Part shown: piece by piece, positions 51,745 to 64,000 of the stretch | Layout of the letters: each line of letters opens with the position of its first letter | How positions within the stretch are numbered: the stretch's first letter is position 1 | Origin: Lama glama | Lineage: Eukaryota | Direction of reading: 5' to 3' | Length of the DNA stretch: 64,000 nt | NCBI GenBank assembly: GCA_028534125.1 | Contig: CM052817.1 | Location: 63,242,001 to 63,306,000, forward strand | Translations under genes and position numbers: made by a program | Notes under the pieces: generated by a model | Told to the model about the DNA's origin: nothing | The model's database searches: none | The model's input: the letters and a program-made list of their open reading frames with translations, nothing else

Positions 51745-52346
51745 ATTTTCTTCCTTTTCAAAATTTATCAAAATATAACATCCGTTTTAAAATGTACATA
51801 AGCAAATAGCCCAATAAACATACACAAATTGAATTTACCAATATAACTAGCATCTAGTTTAAAAACATAGCCTTACCAGCAGCCTAGAAGATCCTCTATT
51901 TTCTGATACTGCTGCACTCAGTGGTTAACAAAACCTTACTTCTAGAATTATAGGTTAATTTTCTCTGTGATGAAACTTATTGTATAAGGATTACCACGAC
52001 TGCCCTCCCTCCCTGCTTTTTACTTGCTTTTTCCCTTTAACTTTGTGTTTCTGAAATTCACCCATATTACTATGCATAGTTGTAATTGATTCATTTTTAT
52101 TCTGTATATTTTATTGTATGATAGAATTATCCATTACAATATTCATGAACATTATGGTAGTTTTCAGTGTTTAGTTATTATAAATAATCTTTTTCTGAAC
52201 AATTCAGGTACATGTTGTTTGGTGAAAATATGTACACATTTATTTTGAATTGTTAAATCACATGGTATATGTGTATGTTCAAACATATTTACAGATTTCC
52301 AAATGCTGGTACCAATTCACAATGTAACTGGCTGTATATTAGAGTT
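51745..52346 (-). mobile_element. Old L1 (L1ME/MC-type) 3' end
   Basis: ctgaaattcacccatattactatgcatagttgtaattgattcatttt...tttccaaatgctggtaccaattcac. Confidence 0.65.
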
Positions 52347-52562
52347 ACATACAGAGTATGGAAACAGATCCATTCACAAAGTCTTGATTTTTGACAGATG
52401 TGAATCAGAAGTGCAATATAGAAAGGATGGTCTTTTCAATAAATGATGCTGGATCAATTGAATATTTGTAAAGAAAAAATATTTTTTAGTGCCTCTACCC
52501 CCCAATCTTACACCTTTCCTAAAAATCAGTTCCATATGGATTGCAAATCTAAATGTCAAAGG
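52347..52562 (+). mobile_element. L1 ORF2 fragment in the opposite orientation
   Basis: gaaacagatccattcac...ttgatttttgacaga...gaaaggatggtcttttcaataaatgatgctggatcaattg. Confidence 0.75.
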
Positions 52563-53854
52563 TTTCCACACATATACCCACATACACAAATTATGTATTT
52601 TCCTTGTTTTCGTACTGTTGACAATGAGGTAGAGAATTACTGCCTTTTAAACATGGCAAGAATTTCATAAGTCTATACAGTGATTGGCATAAGCGTCTGG
52701 TAGCCATAGTACACTTCTTGGTTCATTTTTCTACATTCCAGCCTTTGGTGAATCCTATTTGCAACAGTCTGTCCAATAAACCCAGTTCCTTTTTATACTT
52801 GTTCTCCTGAATATGGGAAGCTCTTCTTGATCTTCCCTGTATTCTTCAAGCCCAGTATGGCCTATCTATCAACCAGAACCATTCCATAACTAATTATGGA
52901 TCCTTTCTCCTAAATGCAACTAGACATGCTTACCAAACAATGCAGGTCTTGCACATCTTTGGAGGGCATGGGCTTCCAAAGTAGTTGAAGGTTGAGTAAA
53001 TCAAAATCCTCATTCATGTTACAAGATCACCTCTTTTCTTTAGAAAGCTTCCTTCCTGTCCAATTTTATTTTTACTCTTTTTAAGCCCAGTTACCACTTC
53101 CTTTCTCTGCCAGATAGCCATTCTAATGCATTTGATATCTATCCTTTTGATTATATGTTTTTGAAAATTGCATATTGTTTTGTGTGCATGTGGATTTTTC
53201 TTTTCTTAATTGCTTGTGATATAAGTCACATCATTACCTTTTTTCATTCAGTATTATCTTTAAAAGTCTATCCTCATTGTTAAGTGTGCAAGTAGCCCAT
53301 TGTTTCTAATTGCTGTTGCTGTGTGTTCTTCATGCTCCAAGGTGTGTGTATACAGATAAATATATAGATATATAAATACATGTGAATGGATGTGTATATA
53401 TATATATGGTATATACTTGGTATTACTGCTATTCACACACACAAAATGTACAAATATATTTTATGTATTTTAACTATTTTAATATATACTTTATTTATTT
53501 ATAGTTTTTACTCCTTCATTTCCCTTTCTACATTTGCTTTAAATGCCATATTTAATTGGCACCTCTATAAAATTTCCCCTACCCCACAGACAGAATTAGT
53601 GATTCCCTCCTTTGTGCTATATTAAAACTTTGTACATTTAAGCTTAGAGTCATTATTTGTCTAATTCTGTCAAACTTATATATGTGATTGGAAAAAATAA
53701 ACCATCATCCTCCCATATCATCATAAAATGCAAATTCAGGAACCTTTGTGTACTGCTAGGATCTAAGTAACTCTTACCAGGAAGTAGTAACTTCAAAGTA
53801 CATGCTGGATTTTTATAACTAAAGAGCCACTTAAAATTAAAACATCGAGTTATC

Positions 53855-54173
53855 AGATTGGGGATTTGGAGAATGGGGAGATATTGCTCAAGGGGTACAA
53901 ACTACCAATTATAAGATTAATAAGTTTGGGGATCTAATGTGCAGCATGGTGATTATAAACGATAATACCGTTTCATATTCTTGAATTGCTTAGAGTGTAG
54001 ATCTCAAATGTTCTACCCATAAGAAAAAATGGTAGCTATGTGATGAGATGGAAGTAGTAGCTAATACTATGGTAGTAATCATTTTGCAATTCATAAATAT
54101 ATTAAATCAACACATTGTACACCTTAAATTTACAATGTTATGTGTCAGTTATTTCTCAATAAAGCTGGAAAAA
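53855..54173 (+). mobile_element. L1MA8-10-type 3' end
   Basis: aaggggtacaaactacc...ggggatctaatgtgcagcatggtgattata...cattgtacaccttaaatttacaatgttatgtgtcagttatttctcaataaagctggaaaaa. Confidence 0.85.
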
Positions 54174-56004
54174 TGCTCAGCTATCTTATTCTAAATGTAT
54201 CTAAGGAAACATAAAATGAGAATGTATGGAGGTTGGAGACAGAAGACGATGGAATCAAAGAAAAAAAAAGAACAGGACTCCACTACACAAAAGTATTTCT
54301 ATGTTGTATTCGGTACTTTCTGCATCTGAGTAAACCTTCAAGTCAACTTTTCTCCTTGTGTTGACTCTGCATTCCTGGCTGGTTTGACTTAAGAGCATTT
54401 TCTTATCAATTTGTGCTGTGATCATTGGCACTGGAAAAAAGATTGCTGGAGATCTGAGTTCTGGTAATTAAATACTTCTACTTGGGAAAGACACACTATA
54501 TCTGCCCTTACTTTATTGCCTAAAACAAATTACTCATTCTTGTCTACTTTCAGGAGGGACCAGGAAGTACAGTCTTTTTGTGCCCCAAAATAAAGGGGTA
54601 GTTATTTTCCCACCAGGGGAGAGTAGTGTGTTTGTATTTAGAGAAACAGAAAAAGAGGGAGAGACAGAAAGAGACCCAACATCTGTGATAAAAATACAGA
54701 AACACAGGAGTTACATTTGACATTCACTCAAAATACATCAAAGAGGGTCTGTTTGAAGTACCAAAATCCTCTTTGCTTATAGTTGTCTATTTATCTATGT
54801 ATATACCTTGCTATCTGTGGTATCTTAGTATTAAGGAACTTTATTATTTTTGTTTCCTCAGTGCCTAACTCATTCTTGCCAGGTCTTCTGTTTTTTGTTT
54901 TTTTTTTTTTATTTCCAAAATTCATTGAGGCTTGTGCTTCTTAACACTTGAAATCAACATTAAAGAAAGAGCATCAGGAGAGAATTTTAAAAGTAGGTTA
55001 TTGGCCTGGATAAGACTCTTCATTCTTTTGAGCTAATTTCAATCTTTTATAAAGATAAATAAGAGCCCTTTTACAGATTTCCACATTATGATATTATAGT
55101 CTTATACCTGAATTCCTTAATATTTAAACTCAAACTTGGTTTACTGCAGATCAGAGGAAGTGGGATACTTTTATCTACTCTGTTATGCAAAGGTGTTTCT
55201 GGTGATGTTTGTGGAAAACCTGGCTGTTACATTCAGGAGTCAAACGGACAAGCAAAATTAAAGAAGTGAGATTCTATATTTCTCATAAATTAAAAGGCAT
55301 TTTTACTGAAAGCTGGTTTTTATACCCTTTATGTAATATAAACCCTAATACAGAACTCTCCAAATTTATAGAAAGTCATGGTACACACAGTAAATAGTAA
55401 TGGGCACAATGAGGTAAGTAAGCAATGTTATTTATATCTAGTAGTAACAAACTTGGATGCTCTAGCCATCCTAGACCTGGCAGGCAGCATTGAGGGGGTG
55501 TCTATGATTCAGGTTAAGAAGTTCTGTCTTAAAAAATCAAGTCTTGAACAAGCTAAAGACTAGTAAGTTTGCCTGCTCTGTAGTTTAGTCAGTCATTGGA
55601 AGGTATTCATTGAGCATCCTCTGTGTATCCAGCACCATGATAGCTGCTGGGTACATACAATGGAGACTAAAACTATAGATGTAGTGCTTGTTTGTCAGAC
55701 ACTTAATTCTTAATCCACGAATGGTCTCACATATCCCATATTTTTCCCATTTTACTTTGATCTTTAAAATAAGTGCATGTTGTATTTATTTTGGGGTGAT
55801 AATACAACTGAAAATATACAAATTAAGTTGTAAGGATGCAGTTCTATCCAGTCTATCAGTTGGTAACTTTGTTGTGTTGCAATAAAAACCCTGGAATGAC
55901 CAGCCTTCCCACAACCCTTTCTTAGAGGATAGAAGGACGTTCTGATCCATAGCCATTATAAGCAACTGAAATACACAACTACAGCTTATAAAAACAACAA
56001 GATA

Positions 56005-56194
56005 TAGTGAAACATTCTCAACATTAATGTGTATAAGCATCACTTCAGGAGTTTGTAAAAATGCAAATCTTCAGTCTTTATTCCATATATTCCTTTCAAT
56101 AGGGCAGCTATTGAAACCTCAAAATAATATTTTTAATGAGACCTCCAAGTAGTTATAATAGAAGAGATCCTGGTACCCAAACTTGTAGAACACT
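56005..56194. mobile_element. MER5-like hAT element
   Basis: catcacttcaggagtttgtaaaaatgcaaatc...tatttttaatgagacctccaagt...ttgtagaacactg. Confidence 0.55.
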
Positions 56195-56267
56195 GGTGTT
56201 TATAGAAAGAGAATTGGTTTAAGTGTGAGGCAGACTTGGATTTGAATTCAGCCTCTATCTCAAATAC

Positions 56268-56851
56268 TATCTATTATATATTGCTGTATAACAAATAACT
56301 AAAACTAACCAACTTAAAAGAAATGCACATTTACTATTTCACAGATTCTGTGGGTAAGGAGCTGGGAACTTCTTACCTGGGTTCTCTATTTATGGTTTCA
56401 CAAGGCTAGAATCAAGCTTTTACCAGCGCGGAGTTCTCATCTAGAAATTCAACTGGGGAACAATCCACTTCCCAAATCCCTCAGTTTGTTGACAGAAATC
56501 ATTTCCTTGTGGTTGTAGGACTGAGAACTTCAATTTTCTGCTAACAGTCAAGAGACCACTCCTAGAAGTTGCCTCCAGTTCCTAGAGTCTGCCCAGAGTT
56601 CCTTGACATCTGGGCTTCTCCAACATAGCTGCCTACTATAGCAAGGAGATAAGGTGAGTCTCTAGCAGAAATCCACTAGCAAGATCCATAGAATGTAACA
56701 TAAGCACAGAAATGATACCTCACCACATCTGCCATATTCTATTGGATAAAACCCCAGGCTCTGCTCACTCTTAAGGTGAAGAGATTATATGAGGGTGTGA
56801 ACACCAGGAGGCATTGATCATGGGAAGCCACCTGGGAATCTGTCAGTCACA
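56268..56851 (-). mobile_element. MLT1 (E/F-like) LTR inserted into a MIR (MIR halves at ~56200-56265 and ~56852-56950)
   Basis: tattgctgtataacaaataactaaaac...atttcacagattctgtgggtaaggag...catttccttgtggttgtaggactgag; the MIR reads cagacttggatttgaattcagcctct | gtgtgaccctaggcaaatt. Confidence 0.8.
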
Positions 56852-59800
56852 GTGTGACCCTAGGCAAATTGTTTACCACTACAAATTTTTAACCTCATTA
56901 TCTTAAAATGCAGTTATTAACACATGCTTTAAAAGGTAACTTGTGAAGGTTTTGGCATGTAGCTGTTTTTATTAGTAGCACTAACAAGGAAGAACCCCCA
57001 AAGAAAAAGAACCACAAGGCTTTAATGCTGTATTTACAAAGTTCTTTCTAATTCTGTGGTTTAATGTCCAAAAATTATATTTACTGTTTTAATGAATATG
57101 GTATGTCTCCAGAGCCTAACATAGGGTCTGCCTCATGGTAGATCATCAGTAAGTGTTTTTTCAATTGATAGTAATTCTAGTAAATGTCCCTTTCTTTTGT
57201 TTCTTTAAATATGACTTTATTTTAAGATGTCCTTTCCAAAGATGGGTAAGAGGAGGACCTCTCATAGCCATTTTTATTGAAGAATAATTTCAACCTGGGG
57301 GGTGAAAACTATGAATGCATCCAGTGGAAATGAAAGTAAAAACTCCCAGAGTGTTTCTACTGGGGAAAGAGCACACAAGATGTTCTGTGCACAAGAGCAG
57401 CAGCTGCTTCAGGTTTGGGTTCATAACATGACTATCTTGACAGCTTCCCACTGCAGAGTGCAAACAGTTAGCAGTGCTATTAGCATTTCTCTTTCTGCTC
57501 ATATTCAGAGACTTAGTATTTTCCCCTACTGGCTGTTTCCCTCAGCCCTCTTACCCTACTTTTCTAACATATCAAAAGAAAAAATACAGGTATTCAAAGA
57601 TAATTGAATGGTGATCTCAGAAACATAGTTAAGTGGGGAAACAAGAAAAATTGCTACAAATAATCACCTTACTTCTGTTGTATGTGCATTCTATTTCCTT
57701 AGTTATTCTTTTTTTGTTGTTGTTAGAGTATTTTTTAAAGAAAATTTGGTAGGTAGAGATGGGAATTAGAATGTTTAATGAAAAAATATTCTTCTCTTCT
57801 TGTCCTATCAGTGTATACAGGTCACATCAAATAAGTCTTCAGAAAAATAAAAAAGAAAAGTTAATAAGATATTTACTTTGCAAGCAGATAAACCCATAAG
57901 CCCTAAAAATATTTTTTTCTTAATGTGTCATTATTTAAGTTAATCTATTCAGTCTCTGACCCCTGTGTACGTACCATGTAAATCCTTTCTCTTTGTTCCG
58001 TGATAAGCTCATTATATTTATAAACAGTTGTTCTCCCCAGTAATCATCAATTTGTTGTGTTTAAATAATTGTCTCTGTTTGGCACATTTTTTCATCATAC
58101 AGTGTATTACAATTTTGGAAATATTTTTGCCAAAAGCCAAGAGTTGTTTTTTTCTTTAATCACACATTTCCAAATTATCCAGCACTTCAATAGATTTTGG
58201 AAACTGGTCCTGCTAAGGAAAAACATAGTAAATTCTGTTTAATAAGTATCTTCTGAAAATGGCATACAAGATAGGTAGGTAGGTAGACAGGCAGGCAAAT
58301 AATATGCTATGAAAAAAATGCAAAATGGAAGAATCAAATGTTGAATCTGAACTGGATACAAAAGATCATTAGCTCAAACTCTAAGGTATTAATGTTTGTA
58401 TAAGAGCATAAAGCTGGTTCATGTAAAAGTTGGAAGTGGAATATCTAGCCTTGCTGCTCCTGGTCTAGTATTCCTTCTACTGAGCCATGCTGATTCCATA
58501 TATGTTTGAAAAATGGAGCTCAGAGAAGTGGGTAATAAAAATTCATAACCTTTTCCCATATTGTACATACTCTCATTTTTATGCTTAGCAATCAGGATTC
58601 TTCATGCTTTTCCAAATGCTCTTATAAAGTCCTCAGAATAACCCAAGCAGCTGCCAAAAGGTGGATTGCATAGCTACAAACATCTATGCATTCACACCTC
58701 ACAGTCTGGGGAAAATAACCAGGAAATTATTTAAAAGTAAATACAAAGCTCTTGGGGATTAACTGAGATAATTTGTCTGAATTTATGAAAGAAGTAATAC
58801 TATTACTGCTGCCTAGCTTTATATTTCTTTTAGTTACAGATATAAATGGCTTCAAAACAGTGCAGTTTTCTAAAGGTAAAAAAAAAATTAATGTAGCTTT
58901 TGATTTATTGGAAAAGATATTCATATCAAATGCATTCTCTCAATATATATTCTGATGTGTGTTTTGCATGCATTTTCTATGTGTCTCAGTAGAACATTCT
59001 GCTTGAAAATCTGATTTCACCTAATGAAAATGAACCACGTTTCATTCAGTGTAGAATATAAAAGAAGGATCTCTCAGGAATCAGGACAAGTAATTTATCA
59101 GTTTCATCCTTAAAGTAAACCATGAAGACCTATGGGTCAGATTTGGGGCCAGTCATGTACATTAGCACATTCAGTTTAAAAGACTTGGCTTTCAGGGGTC
59201 ATTAGGAAACTGTTCCAGGAGGTTTTTGGTACATAAACTCTTAAAATTTAATTATAGGCATGAATAAGGCAGTAATAGTTTCAAAATTCATACTGTTTAT
59301 TTAGCTAGCCAACCCTGTGGTAATGTATTTTTCATTCATTCATTTTCAGGATGAGATGAGCATAGTTAGCTATGCATCTGATATATGGCTTCTAATATAA
59401 TGCCAGTTGGTTTAGACTTTATTGGTTAGATCCTCAATTAAGTCTGTCATATATTGAAACAGATACACAGTAGGCTTGGCTTTAGGAAATTTCAAACTCC
59501 AGCTCTTTTGGGAAATGTTATCTATAAAAAGTCAATTGCACCAGGATTTGCTGAGTGGTGGTCCCTGTTGGCGGAGATGAAGTACTCTGCATTCCATTGT
59601 GTGCTGTCCTGCAGTGCTGTGGGTTAGGATGTAATAGGTATTCTGCATCCTCTGGGGAGCCTTCAAAAGCTGACAGTCCATCTCCTGTTGCTCCCTCTGT
59701 GGGTTGTAAATGAAAAGATAATTTGCAAGGTGATGACTTTTTTTTAAATGTTAAGTGTATAGCAGTGTGGACTGCAGGATTAGCATCAGTCAAATTAAGA

Positions 59801-60394
59801 TATCATAGACAAGATTCAACATCCTTTAATCTGATATTCTGTGCACTGGTTAGAAGTATTTTCTATACACAGACAGCCCCCTATGAATTGTGTATTACAT
59901 GGCAGATGTTAAATGAGATGTTAAAAAAAATAATAAAAAACAATAAATGGGAAAAAATAATTCTAGCTTTGAGTACTGTAATTGTCCCAGACTCCTTTTA
60001 CCAGAATAAAGTCAATCAGGTATTTCTATTCTTAGCCATTTCTAATCACATTTATATAATTTACACAAAGAAAAATGTATGATATTATAAATATTTAGGG
60101 AAGGACTTTACCATTCACTAGGTGTTTGAAAGTGAGATTATAGATTACACATCCTTTGATCATTTTTTAAGCATTTCAGTTCACACAGTGAAGCGTGTAT
60201 TTTAAGTAATATTAATTGCTTGTCATATTCTTTTTCAGTAGTATGTTAGTTTAGTAGTCAGACAGTGATAAAAAGAATTTGATTTACTAATATTACATAA
60301 ATTGCTCCACAGAAATGCTTATCCTTTATACGGTACGTAGTCTATATATAGCATATGTGGCCTTGCAGTTAAATGTGATAAATTTGCAAGGGAG

Positions 60395-60610
60395 GCCGTA
60401 GTATACAGTATTTAGTAAAAGCTTTAGATGAAACAGACCTGAGTGTAAAGCCTGGATCTGTGTGACCTTGGGCAGAATCCTTAACTACCTTATGTCTCAG
60501 TATTGTCAACAATAAAAGGGATAATAATGGTACTTAAACTCAGGGGTGAATAGGGATTCAAAAGAAGTATTATCTCCACTGGTTAACTCAATAACTGATA
60601 GCTGATCATT
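60395..60610 (+). mobile_element. MIR
   Basis: acagacctgagtgtaaagcctggatctgtgtgaccttgggcagaatccttaac...aaaagggataataatggtac. Confidence 0.75.
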
Positions 60611-60689
60611 ATGTTATTTGTAACAGTATTGGTATCATTATCAGTAGTAGTGACAAAAGTAGTAGTACTAAGCAGTAATTAAGTTAGAA

Positions 60690-62230
60690 GTTTAGAGGAC
60701 TATCTACCAAGTTCTCCAAGAAGAGTTGAGAAAGATTTCCCAGAAAAAATATGATTTAGATTGTCAAGGAGAAAGAGAAGTTTTCTAGTTTAGGGCATAT
60801 TGAAAGAACATTATAGGCAGAGAAAAAGCTGAACTGTGTATAATTGTATGCAGTTGCATATATAAATAATAATGAGAAGTGCAATATAGGTAAAGTAGGA
60901 GATGGAGATGCAAAGTGGTAAGTTATGCGATGATTCGGAACACTTATCCTTGCTAAGCTAAGAAGCTAGAAGTTACTCTGTAGATAACTGGGAACCAATA
61001 AAGATTGTAAGCAGCAGTATGACACAATCAAATCTATATTCTTCTAGCATTGTCTAAGAGAATTGGAAATGGATCACTAGCCCCACAAGTTTCTTTGCAA
61101 GCCTCTATGCTAAAATTCAGTTTAGTTCAGCTCAACAATGATATTTTGAGCAAAGAAAGGTACTAGACACGTTAGGATTCTGTGGATATGAGAGCAAGAA
61201 ACTGAGATATTTTGCGCTGATAGACTCAATTATTTTATGGAAATAGGAAACAATACATCATCCACTGAGAAATGGTGAGGACTGGGAATATTTAAGGTGA
61301 AGGGTAAAAGTTTTCTTCTTGTTTTCTTTCTTTTAATAGACATTGAAATTGGAAAGGGACAAGTAAAATTAAAGTTTTCTCATTGCAGACTGACTTAGAT
61401 TGGAGATCATTGTTGTGTGGCCCTCTACTCTGCAGGAGCACCAGTGTATGGTAGAAGAGGGGGTGGGTGACAGATCCAGCTTGGGGTGTGTCTGAACCTG
61501 GACAAAAGTATGACAGTAAAGTAAGGGAATGAAGGATCTGGGGCAAATGTATTGAGGATGATCAAATTACAGTAAAGATAGAATAATCCAGAAGCAGCAC
61601 CAGAAAGAAAATGAAAGATCTAACACTGGATATGGCTTAGGGTTCAATGAGCAGGTTTAATAGGAATGAGAAAATTGGAACGTAAAAGACTGAGTTTAGC
61701 GAGCAGGGTACTGGACTTTGAGAGGTCTGTTCTATAAGGTGTGGTAGGCATAATAGTGGCCCCCACAGATGTCCATATCATGACCCCCAAAATGTGGCTA
61801 TGGAAGTGCTCAAGCAAGAGGAGCCACTAGATAAAGAGAGGAAGGAAGACTTCAGCAAGAGGACAGTATGTGCAAAGTCCCTGTGGCAAAACAGAGCTTG
61901 AACATTACTAACGGTTGAAAGATGAGGACAGTAGAAACAGAGAAAGCTGTAAAGACTGTGGGGGATTAGCTGTGGAGGGCTCAAGAAGACACGTTGAAGA
62001 CTTCTTATATTTTTCCCAAGAAAAATGGGAAGTCATAACTGAGTTTTAAGGAAGAAAGTGCCATGATTGGTTTGGAGTTTCAGAAACACCATTTTACTTG
62101 CAGTTTGGAGGTTAACTTTGGGAGAGACCAGATGAATATAGTAGGTCAGCTACAAGGTAGTTGTAGTGATCTACTGAGTGAAAATAGCAATTTGAGTTAA
62201 ATGGTAAACTGTGGAAATGGGGAAGGATTG
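60690..62230 (-). mobile_element. L2 fragments, with a short MLT1 5' fragment at ~61740-61800 (+)
   Basis: Purine-rich antisense L2 (gaggacagtatgtgcaaagtccctgtggc; gagttttaaggaagaaagtgccatgattgg); tgtggtaggcataatagtggcccccacagatgtcc is an MLT1 start. Confidence 0.6.
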
Positions 62231-62734
62231 TCAACATATTGCACACAATTTCAGAAAGACCAAACGTGATATTAATATGTCATATATGAATGCCATTTTA
62301 TGCAGATATAAGAACATTTATATGCTTACTTTTCAAGTCAAGTCCATTCAAAACAGAATAAAAATCAACATGCAAGCTTGATATGAAGGTAGGTGGTTGA
62401 GACAGAGAGAAGAGAGTGACAAAAGGGAATTTTGGTGCCAGGAGAGGCCATTCATCGCTGTTAGCTATAACTGTTTTTTCTTAAACATTTGTGTAAGTTT
62501 TTAATTCCATACCATAATACTGGTATTGGTTTTACTGTGAAATCATTTCATTTTTTTCTCCTCAAATTTTCAGTGAAATTCTTTCTGTTGGAAGATACAC
62601 CATCTTTATTCTAAGAATTCTACACTTGCTGATTACCACTTTTCCTCCTGGGCATCCATGTTCTCCTTTTTGAGAAGTCAAATCTGACCTTATGCCATTT
62701 GACCCTCACAGCCATTCAGTGAAAGAGCCATGCC

Positions 62735-62835
62735 AGGGAGAGCCATTACCATTTTAGAGATGAGAAAGCTGAGGCCTGGAGTGACCATGAGACACCCCCC
62801 CCCCAAGGTAGATTGCTAGAAATGAGCAGAGGTAG
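62735..62835 (-). mobile_element. MIR core fragment
   Basis: ccattttagagatgagaaagctgaggcctggag. Confidence 0.6.
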
Positions 62836-64000
62836 AATTCTGTAACCATCATAAACACAATACAGTTTTTGTCTTGTCAGATCTTATTGGCAAGACTGAA
62901 ACAGGTCAGAGGTTAGCTAATTTATGCCATCACAGTATTGGGAAAATTAAAATGTAATAAAACTCAATTGGCTTCAAGTGCTAAGTTCATACAGACTCTA
63001 AAATAGAAATAGGCATTGCCAGGAGAAAGCTGAAAAGGTCTATTTCAAAATGTAGTTATTATACAGAATCAATTGCAATTTTAATAGAAATCATACTTTA
63101 TCATAGGCAGGATAAGAATTACATGCTGCTACATCAAGGTAACACATAAATAGTACCATCATAACAAATAAAACAAAAGAGCACATCCTTGGAAATTATA
63201 GGGACCTTGATAATTCTTTACACAACTTTTATATTTCATTCATTCCATAAAACTCAAAAAAGCATAAGTGATGAGCGAGACATGAAAGCTTTCCTATGTC
63301 AATTGAAAATAAAAAATAAATATGGTTTTGGAAAATACCCAGACAAGAGATCACCATGGGCAAAGGAGCAGTAGGGGCAGCAAGTTTTAAAACCTGTAGT
63401 TAAAAACCTGCAAACACTACCTTTGGCTACAAAGAAAAGTCCAGTTTCTTGAGTTACAGTTGTTTATACACAGTACATATTTGCATAAAATTAACCAACA
63501 TTTTCAGGATTGTGGATTTGCTGAATTCTTAAAGCACAGAATTTTACTATGAATAATTTCCAGTAGTATGTAGATATTTAGTAGTTGATGCTCAAAATGA
63601 AAAGTGAGTACAAAGTCTCCTTTATTTCTTTTTCCAAAGTACTTTTCATATTCCATTGTTGCACATGACACCTTGGCAGGCTGTTTTCCCAACCAGAAGA
63701 AAGTAAAGCAAAATTGAGGCTTTACTAACTTCAAAATGTGTGTCACTGAAAAATTAAAATAAAAGTTGTATTATAGTTAGTGAATATATTTCCTGTAATT
63801 ATATCCTGAAACAAAGAACTAAATGGAAACCATGTCAAACATAATAAAAATGAAACAAAATATGGAAACAAAACAATAAAAGTAAAAGGCAAAACAAGAA
63901 GAGAGATAGTTGCTGCATAAAAAACAAAACTTCTATTTTTCATTGCCCAGAAAGAACCAAAAACAATGTTTAAAGTCTGGTATCCAAGTTGTCTGAATGC

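Noticed and set aside
1..64000. Host protein-coding exons, tRNA/rRNA genes, CRISPR arrays or prokaryotic systems
   Set aside because: None recognised. The remaining short ORFs fall in repeats or lack homology. Small exons of a large gene cannot be excluded by eye.

Overview
AT-rich, gene-poor eutherian mammalian DNA with no recognisable host protein-coding exon, RNA gene or CRISPR array, and two 500-N assembly gaps. It is probably a cetartiodactyl, most likely a camelid. This is inferred from cetartiodactyl-type L1 3' ends and the absence of Bov-A/BovB, PRE-1 or CHR SINEs. Much of the window is transposon-derived: MIR, L2, old L1M, MLT1/MaLR, MER20 and other hAT elements, several solo ERV LTRs with target-site duplications (TSDs), and a young, apparently full-length L1 whose interior is collapsed into a gap. 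The stand-out feature is not visible in the ORF track. At ~2.12-3.35 kb (+ strand), three-frame translation gives a colinear series of about ten motifs matching the bornavirus nucleoprotein over most of its length, broken by stops and frameshifts. This indicates an ancient endogenous bornavirus-like N element (EBLN), a fossil of a non-retroviral RNA virus. The match was made by eye against a Borna disease virus N sequence recalled from memory and needs a tBLASTn/HMM check. Repeat family names are by recognition and approximate.
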